A stretch of 64,000 nt of DNA from Patescibacteria group bacterium. GTDB taxonomy: Bacteria > Patescibacteriota > Patescibacteriia > JBHPGJ01. The first letter of the stretch is position 1. Every line of letters starts with the position of its first letter. The notes below the pieces were generated by a model that made no database searches, had not been told where the DNA came from, and saw only the letters and a program-made list of their open reading frames with translations. The position numbers and the translations under genes were made by a program. The stretch lies in assembly GCA_042570545.1 (NCBI GenBank), contig JBHPGJ010000003.1, positions 8,214 through 72,213 of the forward strand, given 5' to 3'. Shown here piece after piece: positions 8,556 through 17,400 of the stretch.

Positions 8556-8868
8556 TCCTAAATCAATCTTGCGTTCTTTTTGGTCTTGTCGGATAGCTTG
8601 TTCTGTTTGCTCTCACACCGCCGTTGATCTGGCTGCCGGTGAACAAGAAAGATGTGCCGGCTAAATTCATAGCTCAGTAGGCAAAAATCCTTAAGGTGAG
8701 CGTTCTCTTACGAACTAGCAGCAAACTCGTCTGGGTTGATGTCGACTCAACTCTCTCCGAGTATAGGGGCAACAGATCGCCCCTTCATGGACGAACCAGC
8801 TAAGCTGCCTTCCCACAAGACCAATGTCTTACGCCTCTCTCTCATCGGACAGAGAGGCTTTATTTTTA
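8556..8868 (+). ncRNA. Candidate structured ncRNA of about 310 nt, unknown class, bounded by a promoter and an intrinsic terminator
   Basis: A 548-bp gap with no ORF of 60 aa or more. GC about 50% in a 38% genome. Terminator gcctctc-tctcatcggaca-gagaggc plus tttattttt at 8833-8867. No convincing SD-led ORF (the best is a 51-aa ORF without an SD). Confidence 0.3.
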
Positions 8869-8996
8869 TATTAAAGGACCCCATATCGCTATGAGGTCCC
8901 TAACTTCTAGTCAGAGATACGGTCAAACCAGCTGATGGATTTTTTCAGTGCTGTTGACAATAGTATCGGGCTCCCGATCGTTGGTTATCATCTACC

Positions 8997-9779
8997 CTAC
9001 TGCATTAATGTATCAATTGCACTCTTAATCTGATCAACTGGCAGGGCTCCCGAAACTGGAACAGTATTGCCATCTTTATCAATCAGTACTGAGTATGGTG
9101 TTCCAGTCCCTCCGGCAGCATTAGCATCAGCTAAGTGCTCATTTACCTTATCGGTATATTTACCACTATCTAAACAAGATTCAAATTCACTTCTATCCAA
9201 ACCAATATCAGCGGCAATTTCTGGAAGCTGCTCAGGCCTCAACCCATTATTAGAAGGTGTAACTTCAAACAATGCATCTACAAACTCCCAAAAACCATCG
9301 TTGCCTCCCAATTCGGCGGCACATTCTGAGGCCTCGGCTTCATTGCGTGCTTTACTGTGCAGTGACTCAAGTGGAAAATGTCGATAAACCCAGGCCACTT
9401 TACCATCATAATCATCAACTACTTGCTGCATAGTTGGGTGGAATCTTTTACAGAATGGACATTCGAGATCAGAAAATTCCACTAATACTACTTCGGCTTT
9501 ATTCAAGTCTCCTTTAACATGATCTTCATCAGTTACCGGCTTAATACTTATCGCACCCTCTGAGGGTAGAGTTGGCTCGGTTGGTATTGTATTTTCATCA
9601 ACTTCAGTTTTTGCACTAGCCACCGATCCGCTACTGTCATCACTCAGCAATATACTTGTGCTTATCACAAACCCAGTTGTTACCGCTAAAAAGATAGCTA
9701 CTAGTAATCCAAAGAAGAAAGATTTTTTCGGACCTAATAAATTTAATATACTTTTTTTTGACTGTTCGTTATTAATCAT
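8997..9779 (-). CDS. DsbA-family thiol:disulfide oxidoreductase (thioredoxin fold), membrane-anchored
   Basis: 260 aa. N-terminal TM, then CPFC active-site motif (EFSDLECPFCKRFHP) and a DsbA-like fold with a cis-Pro region (GTPYSVLID). Overlaps the upstream gene's stop by 8 nt. Confidence 0.8.
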   Translation of the reverse strand: MINNEQSKKSILNLLGPKKSFFFGLLVAIFLAVTTGFVISTSILLSDDSSGSVASAKTEVDENTIPTEPTLPSEGAISIKPVTDEDHVKGDLNKAEVVLVEFSDLECPFCKRFHPTMQQVVDDYDGKVAWVYRHFPLESLHSKARNEAEASECAAELGGNDGFWEFVDALFEVTPSNNGLRPEQLPEIAADIGLDRSEFESCLDSGKYTDKVNEHLADANAAGGTGTPYSVLIDKDGNTVPVSGALPVDQIKSAIDTLMQ

Positions 9780-10722
9780 TATGTTCTTCCTTTAATTTAT
9801 AAGCCTCTGGGCCTAGATCCAAATCAATCTCTGCCCAGATTTTTAATTCTGGAGTTTCATCAAGAGTTGGGTTAGCCAGTATAGACACTGTTTTGAAGAA
9901 TCTGCCACTTGGTTCTTCGTGAAGATTAGGATCAAAACTAACTGTTAGTATGCCCTCATCTCCGGGCAAAAGAGTAGAATTAGATATCTCAGCAGATGTA
10001 CAGGCACAGCTGGCTGGCGTGCCGGTTACATCAATTTTCTCTTCACCATTATAGATAAAGGGAAAATCATATTCGATTATACCAGCACTTTGTTTAATAA
10101 CTCCAAAATCATGTTCCACCTCATTAAACGCAAAATCACCCAAGACTGATTGATAGCTAGATGAAGATTTGGTTTGCTGTTTCTCAAAATCATCAGCATA
10201 CATAACATCACCCGTTGTTTGTAATTCTATAACTGAACCAACGCCAGCATTGCTAGCAGTATAAGTTAGCTGTTTATCCGGCTCGGCACTGGTAGTAAGA
10301 TATACTGAACGCTGAATCGGGCCAACAGCTTGAGGGCCATGAGCCAATGGATCAAAAACTACATGTACTTTAAAGTTATCACCCGGATCAACTACACCGT
10401 TCCAGGTGCTATTGTTATGCATCCCAAATTTTGCAGAAGTAGTTCCATCTGATAATTCCACAAAGGCGGTGGTGCACATACATGAAGTTTCGCCAGTTTT
10501 TATGACTAGTGGTTCGTTAGATTCATTTTTTAGGGTAAAGATGTGATTAACATCACCACCCATTATGTCGATATTTTCCCAATCGTGCGTAACTATAGCA
10601 TTGGCAGCAATGGCCCCTGATGGCCAGGCGATTTCAGCAGCCGGGTTTTTACCGCCAAATATCAATATGGCTGATATTCCAGCAATGATCACGCCACCGA
10701 TAATAAACCATGAAGTTTTCAT
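9772..10722 (-). CDS. Secreted protein with two DUF1573-like domains, each carrying a CxC motif
   Basis: 316 aa with a signal/anchor. The S-C-x-C-T signature occurs twice (GETSCMCTTAFVE; PASCACTSAEIS), each within a beta-rich, roughly 120-aa module. Confidence 0.55.
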   Translation of the reverse strand: MKTSWFIIGGVIIAGISAILIFGGKNPAAEIAWPSGAIAANAIVTHDWENIDIMGGDVNHIFTLKNESNEPLVIKTGETSCMCTTAFVELSDGTTSAKFGMHNNSTWNGVVDPGDNFKVHVVFDPLAHGPQAVGPIQRSVYLTTSAEPDKQLTYTASNAGVGSVIELQTTGDVMYADDFEKQQTKSSSSYQSVLGDFAFNEVEHDFGVIKQSAGIIEYDFPFIYNGEEKIDVTGTPASCACTSAEISNSTLLPGDEGILTVSFDPNLHEEPSGRFFKTVSILANPTLDETPELKIWAEIDLDLGPEAYKLKEEHND

Positions 10723-10772
10723 AAGATAAAAAACGTTAATTGTTTAAACGTATAGTTAAAACTAAATGGTTT

Positions 10773-11114
10773 TTACTCGATTAAAATAGTACTGCCAACA
10801 AGATTAGTCGGCCAAAGTAATATCTTATCTTCTTTCTTAATCCAACTGCTAAAATTATCGGACTTAGTGAATTGTACAAAGCTAGTTGCCAGCAGTGCAA
10901 TCACCGCGCCGACGACAATAGTTATTGCGGTTTTTTGGTATGGACCAGCCAAAACAAGGCAATGCTGCAGACAATTATTGTCTATGCCACAAGCACCAGC
11001 TTGACAGGTAGCTCCAGAATTTACGCTAGCATGTATTGTATTGTGTGGTACAAAGATAAAAACTACGCTTATTACTAATATGGCAAATATTTGTACCGCT
11101 GCTAGCTTTTTCAT
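10773..11114 (-). CDS. Small Cys-rich two-TM protein (CQAGACGIDNNCLQHC between the helices)
   Basis: 113 aa: TM1, then a 4-Cys cluster, then TM2. Sits directly upstream of the DUF1573 and DsbA genes on the same strand. Confidence 0.45.
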   Translation of the reverse strand: MKKLAAVQIFAILVISVVFIFVPHNTIHASVNSGATCQAGACGIDNNCLQHCLVLAGPYQKTAITIVVGAVIALLATSFVQFTKSDNFSSWIKKEDKILLWPTNLVGSTILIE

Positions 11115-11173
11115 AGATTGAGTATAGTATTGATAAATAATATTTTCAACGTATATTATTTATACTTATTTGG

Positions 11174-11866
11174 TTAAAACAATGAATAAACAATTACAGC
11201 CACCCCGCCAATTATACCCAGATAACCTAATATCTTCATTAATCCCGCTGTCCTGGCCAGATCTTTCTCCACTTGTTTCTCAGATTTATAGCTTAGAATA
11301 AAATCACCCTGACCTTTTTGTAGTACCATATTATTTTGATCACCGCCAACATAACCATAAGCATATACCGGACCACCAACTAGCAAAGCCTCTTCTTTTA
11401 CTTTATTCTGATGACCAGCCAGCATATTAACCACTCCCTTAAGTACCGGATTGTTAAGTTCGTCACCGGGACGTACTATTTGTTCGCCTAAAGATTGGGG
11501 TTCAATATTAGCACCCTGCGGATTGACAGCCAATTGTCCGGTGCTGTCCTGGATATAAAACGGCGCACTCTGTTTGTCGGAACTGGTTTTTTCCCAACGG
11601 CGCTGTTCGCGGCCCTGGTTGTCTTGAGTAACCGTTTCGCGCTGCAGTTCATATTCATAGTAAACACAATCGCGCTGGGTAAAGGGAGTTTTTAAAGATT
11701 GATTTGAGCCAACGGTGCCAATAATTTTAACAATTTGTCCGGGCTGGACCTTGTCCACCGTTAACGCCTGAGTTTGCTTAAGACTGGCGTGAGTTTGTTT
11801 TTTTCGTTTAGCCAAAAATATTAATAAGGCTCCTATTGCCATGGCTATTAATCCACCATATAACAT
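11174..11866 (-). CDS. Membrane protein with N- and C-terminal TM helices flanking a beta-rich domain (GIDE-like topology)
   Basis: 230 aa. TM at residues 1-20 and at the C-terminus (ILGYLGIIGGVAVIVYSLF). Confidence 0.45.
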   Translation of the reverse strand: MLYGGLIAMAIGALLIFLAKRKKQTHASLKQTQALTVDKVQPGQIVKIIGTVGSNQSLKTPFTQRDCVYYEYELQRETVTQDNQGREQRRWEKTSSDKQSAPFYIQDSTGQLAVNPQGANIEPQSLGEQIVRPGDELNNPVLKGVVNMLAGHQNKVKEEALLVGGPVYAYGYVGGDQNNMVLQKGQGDFILSYKSEKQVEKDLARTAGLMKILGYLGIIGGVAVIVYSLF

Positions 11867-11868
11867 TG

Positions 11869-12129
11869 TTACTTGCCTTTCTTAGGCTCGGTCAGAGCCT
11901 TAATTATTTTATCTACTACAGTTTCGTCATCATCAACTATCGCTTGAGCAATGCCTGGATCGTTTTTTATCACGTCAGACATTTCTTTGGCATAACGGTC
12001 GAGAAATTCTTCAGCCTTAATGCCGAGATCAGCAATCATTTTTTCCATAACCTGTGCTTCAACACCAATGTAATGCTCCCCACCGTCGCTGGTAACAATC
12101 TCCTCGGGTGTTGGTTTTTCATCTTCCAT
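11869..12129 (-). CDS. Small acidic hypothetical protein
   Basis: 86 aa, translationally coupled to the downstream gene. No recognisable motif. Confidence 0.4.
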   Translation of the reverse strand: MEDEKPTPEEIVTSDGGEHYIGVEAQVMEKMIADLGIKAEEFLDRYAKEMSDVIKNDPGIAQAIVDDDETVVDKIIKALTEPKKGK

Positions 12130-12208
12130 GTGTAAATTATAACTACTTATTGCTATTAATGCAAAATAAAGCTGCCACGTCTGGATGACATGGCAACTGT
12201 AATGATTG

Positions 12209-12784
12209 CTAACGGATCAGCCGGTGATGAGTAAACTTCTCGCGGTCGTTGCGCAGCTGAAGATACAGGTATTGGCCCGGTGGCAACCGGCCGGGATAGC
12301 TAACGACGTATCGTCCACTGCTCATATATTGACCATTCCATGACCAAGTGCGGTTACTGCCGACCACGCCAGCTAAGTAGAGTGATACCTGACCGGGTCG
12401 GTTGATGCTGAAATGGATCAATGATTGACCGGTGCTGATGTCGAAACTGACCGACATGGTGGTCTGTGGCGGACGATAGCGGTAACCTTGGTCGTTATAG
12501 ATCGTCCAGCGGAACGTTCCCCAGCTACGGTGGTGCCGAATCGGGCCTCGATGGTAACGGGGACGTAGTGGCCGGACTATATAGCGATAGCCCACTCGGC
12601 CATTACGATAGACCCGGGGTTGCTCATAGCAGTACTGATCCCGGAACGTGGTTTGCAGGCTGCGAAAGCCTACGCTTTGAGCGTTGGCATCATCGGCCAA
12701 GAAAATACTGGCCACTATGCCGATCAATATGGCAACCGTTCCACCGACTATGACTATTAGCAAAATGAGCGCGAATTTCTTCAC
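12209..12784 (-). CDS. Secreted or anchored Arg/Tyr-rich basic protein on a GC-rich island
   Basis: 191 aa with an N-terminal TM/signal. Repetitive YRxxR and RPxR pattern. GC about 53%. Confidence 0.45.
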   Translation of the reverse strand: MKKFALILLIVIVGGTVAILIGIVASIFLADDANAQSVGFRSLQTTFRDQYCYEQPRVYRNGRVGYRYIVRPLRPRYHRGPIRHHRSWGTFRWTIYNDQGYRYRPPQTTMSVSFDISTGQSLIHFSINRPGQVSLYLAGVVGSNRTWSWNGQYMSSGRYVVSYPGRLPPGQYLYLQLRNDREKFTHHRLIR

Positions 12785-12883
12785 GGTCTCCCTCCTTTAT
12801 GTGCTTAGAGCACGAAAACCGTGTTAACTGCTTATGGCTTACACTAAAACGCTGCTATTGTCAATGCTAGCAGTAGTTATTTA

Positions 12884-13270
12884 TTATTGATCATGATGGT
12901 CGTGTTCATCAGCCTCGGCTTCTTCTTTGGTTTGGTGAACAGTACCATCTTTATGTTCGGGTGGTGAGTAAATAGAATATAGTTTCAGTGGATTGTCAGT
13001 CGAGGTATTTATTATATTGTGATTAGCGCCGGCTGGAACTACTACGGCTGAGTCGTCTTTTATTTCTGTCACCTCACCATCTAAGACGGCCTGACCTTGA
13101 CCGGCTTCAATCCTGATAAATTGATCTAGTTGATGGATCTCTTCGCCAATTTCCTCTTTGGGCTTAAGACTCATCACCACCAGCTGGCTGTGCGAAGCGG
13201 TAAACAACACTTTCCTAAAATTTTCATTTTTAATTGTTTCTTCTTCAATGTTAGTGATATATCCGGACAT
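12884..13270 (-). CDS. Cupin-domain protein (paralog of 62047..62418)
   Basis: 128 aa. LVVMSLKPKEEIGEEIH...G.G...DGE matches the cupin two-motif pattern. About 40% identical to the 62047..62418 product (LVAMSLKPGEDTGEQTH). Confidence 0.65.
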   Translation of the reverse strand: MSGYITNIEEETIKNENFRKVLFTASHSQLVVMSLKPKEEIGEEIHQLDQFIRIEAGQGQAVLDGEVTEIKDDSAVVVPAGANHNIINTSTDNPLKLYSIYSPPEHKDGTVHQTKEEAEADEHDHHDQ

Positions 13271-13271
13271 A

Positions 13272-13754
13272 TTATTCTTTCTCCTTATTAATCTTAAGAA
13301 TATTTCTAGCGCTCAGTCCAGCCACCAGGGCGATTAGGAAGATTGATGCGCCGATAAAGCAAGGTGTAGTGTAGGGATTATTAACCAGCAATCCAGAACA
13401 ACCGATGACTTCATCTGTTTCAGCTGAATAATATTTCCATAATTCATAAATATTAACTGACCAGGCAAAAATTACACTGGCCACAAGCAGCCATATTAGT
13501 TTTTTCTGAGAGGAATATTGATGATCCGATGACTTGTTATAGATTACAGCTGACCAAATAAAGGCTACTAGAAAGGCAAAAGCGCCATAAAAGCATGGCG
13601 TTATCACCGGATTTGGATAGGTACAATCATCTACTTTAAAAATGGTACCTTCTTCGGTAATGAACCGATCAAAGTCCTGATAAACAGTAAACCAAGCGAA
13701 GGCCGTACCGGCCAGTAATACTATCATTTGAATTATTAAAATTGAATTTCTCAT
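13272..13754 (-). CDS. 4-TM membrane protein built from an internal duplication, each repeat carrying a Cys pair in the predicted outward loop
   Basis: 160 aa. Repeat 1 is TM, then DDCTYPNPVITPCFYGAFAFLVAF. Repeat 2 is TM, then GCSGLLVNNPYTTPCFIGASIFLIAL. Basic cytoplasmic loop and tail (QKK; KINKEKE). Confidence 0.55.
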   Translation of the reverse strand: MRNSILIIQMIVLLAGTAFAWFTVYQDFDRFITEEGTIFKVDDCTYPNPVITPCFYGAFAFLVAFIWSAVIYNKSSDHQYSSQKKLIWLLVASVIFAWSVNIYELWKYYSAETDEVIGCSGLLVNNPYTTPCFIGASIFLIALVAGLSARNILKINKEKE

Positions 13755-13918
13755 AAACAGCTCAAAATATGAGTTTCAAGAACTTCTTCACTTAATAATA
13801 ATGCTTTTACATAAAATATTAAAGGGGTATATTTGTTGACACTTATTATATATTATGATTTGATGTTCACAAGTCGCAGTATAAATTTCAGTCTTCAATA
13901 TCCTTTAGGAGGTGGGCC

Positions 13919-14347
13919 ATGTCTGAGAAATGGACGCATTTTGTTGACAAGGATGAGAATGTCGGCACTGATGGCGGAGTAGCCGTTCTCGAAGTCAGTG
14001 ACGAAGTAAGGTCAGACCCCGAAGTTACCGGTATTTTCTTTTCTGGAGAACCCGAACACGGCGTGGAGCTGATCGAGGGCGACTGTGCTCCCGGCGATGT
14101 TGATGTCGACGAACTGATCACCCGACTGATGCCGCACGAGGACGAAATGCTGGAGCTGAACTACGGCGATCCGATTCAGCTCACCGGCACCCTGCTCGGT
14201 ATTGTACAATACGATCGTATCGGCCCGGATTGGTCGGCCATCGAGTACCCCGACAATCGCTTCCTACACCTGCGGCTGACCGATGGTACCGAGGCTTTAG
14301 TGCCAATCACGTTCATTGATCCTGACACCCTACGGGTAGTCATCTGA
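13919..14347 (+). CDS. Highly acidic small protein on a GC-rich island
   Basis: 142 aa. Strong SD aggaggtgggccATG. GC about 55%. A convergent terminator hairpin lies downstream (about 14370-14400). Confidence 0.5.
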   Translation: MSEKWTHFVDKDENVGTDGGVAVLEVSDEVRSDPEVTGIFFSGEPEHGVELIEGDCAPGDVDVDELITRLMPHEDEMLELNYGDPIQLTGTLLGIVQYDRIGPDWSAIEYPDNRFLHLRLTDGTEALVPITFIDPDTLRVVI

Positions 14348-14416
14348 ACGTGTTAGTTCTGCAGCACATAAAAACTCCCCTAACAGGCCATCAGCTTGGA
14401 AGGGGTTTTATTTTAT

Positions 14417-17400
14417 CTATTCACTTATTTCCTCTCTGGGAATATATAAATCTTTTGACACACAAGTTCCATTCTCCTGACATCTCTTATTAGACGAACA
14501 GCCACAAACCTGGCAGTCGTTAATTAACTCATTATCCTCACAGAATAATGGCTTTTTTGACGAACATTCATTGATATAGGTCTTATCCGAACACTGCATT
14601 TTGAAATTACCAGTATGACGATTGTCATGCGAGAAGAGTGGCCAATCATTAATAGAGGGGATTTCCGGCACTCCTAAATCCCACACATAAATAGAACCAC
14701 GTTGCTTAGACCTATCATTAATAAAATCTTTATCGCGATTAGAGGTGGCTACGAGCTCCAATAAATTATCACCGTCAAGATCCACAATCATTGCTGGCGC
14801 GAGAGAATAAGACTCTGTGAGCTTTGGAAAGTCGGCTAATAGAGTGCCATCAAAATTCCAGGCAAAAACACCGCCACCATCATAAATACTACTATAATCA
14901 GTGGTGATAATCTCTGGTTCGCCGTCATTGTCTATATCTGCAGTAACGCTGCCGTATACATCAACCCAGGATGGGTTTTGTGGCCAGTCCTTGGCTATTG
15001 ATCCATCATGCTCAATCACAAATGTTTCAATATTATCATTACTAATTACCACTTCCAGGGTACCGTCTCCTTCAAAATCCGTTAGAGCAGGTGAAGAAAA
15101 GAAGTTGCCACCGCCTTGCAGGGCTGGCCAGCCTGTTAAATCTTGTCCATTTTTATCTAAGGCATAAACACCAAGGTCGTCCATCGTTCCAAATATTATA
15201 TCCGCGTTACCATCATTATCAATATCCCCAACTGCTGGTGAGTTAAATATATTTCCATCAATATCCACTGGCCAGCCGTTTACATATGAACAGTCAGAAT
15301 TAAGAACATTAATTCTTCCTGCAGATCTTTGATAGCCCACTTCTCTTAAGCTGATAATTACAATTTCTAACTCCTGATCTTCATCAAAGTTACCAACTGC
15401 TGGAGTGCCATATTCAACAAACCAATATTGATATGTAAAAGTATCAGTTAAGGTACATGTGGAGACAGGTGATGCATCATTATTAAGAATCTTAATTATA
15501 TTATCTTCTCCTTGTTGATCATGAATAATAACCTCAAGTTGCCCGTCTAGATCCAGATCCGCCATAGCCAGGCCTGTAATCTCTGATTCAAAATCCACTG
15601 GCCATCCTGGCACTTCTGATCCGTCTAAATTATAAGCATGAATTTGAGACGGTGAGGGTGAAAATCCCCAATTTTGAAAATGAACAACTATTTCATCTTT
15701 GCTATCATTATCAATGTCACCGACTACTGGTTTGTGCATATTTCCTCCAAGTAGTTTATCCCCGCTTACCCCGACATCAATCAAACCAATTTCATTTCCT
15801 GAAGCATTGTATATATGTAATTGGGGGGGGCAGTCACCAGCGTAAAATACTATCTCATTTTTACCATCGCCGTTAAAATCACCGACATTACCATCAAGAT
15901 CACCAGCCCATGCTTTACAATCAGCCAGTTCATGATCAATTCGCACAGGCCAACCCATTTTAAAATTATCAAAATATAATACTACCGTCTCCTCAGAATC
16001 GGAGTATATATCATAATTAACCATTAGTCTCAGCTCATATAAACCCTTGCTACCAATAACAGACGTATCCCAATATCCAATAATACTTTCATCAGTGTCA
16101 TCTAGCGTTAATCCAACATTGGACCAGTCGCCATCACTTATACGCCACTCAAGCACTGAATTTATTATATGATGCCCTTTTAAATCGCCTTTTATAACCA
16201 ATTCGTCGCCTATTCTATATATATCGTAATTCAACGGCTCATTAATTTTTACATTACTCACAAATATTGGAATAGTTTGTACAGACGATAAACCGCTCCC
16301 GTTAAAGACTTCGAGCTTCAAAGATATAGTATTATCCGGTGCGACCAAAGTATCAAGGCTGCCTAATGTCCCTCTATCAACCTCTAAAGTACCACTATTT
16401 TCTAGAGTGATGCCCTCGGTATACCACTGAGTTACTTCCTCTGGTTCGCCAACACCCCATGAAAGAGTATAATGGTCAAAGGTTGCTGTTTCCGAGGTGC
16501 CTTTTTTTGCCACACCGCTAATATTGATAGAATCTGTAACTTCATCATAATAAGTCGGGATCATAATACCTGCCAAGGGTTCATCAAATGTTGGCATTTT
16601 AATCGGAGTTTCGGGATCCCCAATCACATTTAGCTCATAAGCAACAAATCGTATATAAGGATCAGACAAATTACCAAAATTCTTAAACTTAGACTGGTAA
16701 TTTGCTTTTGCAATATTAGTAATGCCATCTACTATCATCGTATCAACAAACTGCCGATGAAACCTTTGCGAAGGCCCGTCTGTGGAATCAAATCTACCCC
16801 ACCCAAATCTGGAATTTCCAACAAAAGCAAATGCTCCGTTGTCATCCAGCACAAAATGCTCTGCAATAGAATCAGATTCTGTATAATCTCCCTCGTAATT
16901 CCAGTTGTCAAATGAGGCTGGATAGCATCCCTGAGAATATACCAAGAAATAATCTGTATTGGTCAGTTGATCCAAATCAGTATCTCCGCTGTCACCACAA
17001 TATGATCCTGGCGAATTAAACGGCGCATGACATAATTTCATATTATAAAGCGTACTGGAATGGCCTAAGTGGTTGATAAAATTAACGCCCTGATTCATGA
17101 TTTCGATTAATTCTGTATTAGACCATGAATAAACTTCAGAATCATAAATAGGATCAATTAAATAGTCTTCGTATAATCCATTAGTATTGTAACCATCATG
17201 GTAACCGCCCCATTTGATCTGCTCCATTGTTTCTGTAGCATATTCAGCCACTGTACCAAATCCCAAATGCTCCCCAACTGTTAATGCTTTTTTTAAGTAG
17301 TCAGCATCTGATTGCTCATAAGCAATTGTTTTACTGACGAAGGTCTGAACTTCAGCTGATGAATCAACTGGCGCTCTGCCTATATAAACATCGCCCATCA

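Noticed and set aside
8556-8868. tmRNA, RNase P RNA or SRP RNA identity for the orphan transcript
   Set aside because: There is no GGGG 5' end, no tRNA-like acceptor/T-arm and no Ala-resume tag frame ending in a stop. The P4 strands (AAGUCCGG / CCGGCUUA) are not both present in the right order. There is no GGAAGGAAGCAGC domain IV. The RNA class is left open.
13888-14209. Minus-strand ORFs 13888..14121 and 14012..14209
   Set aside because: They are low-complexity antisense translations of the better-supported, SD-led plus-strand ORF 13919..14347.
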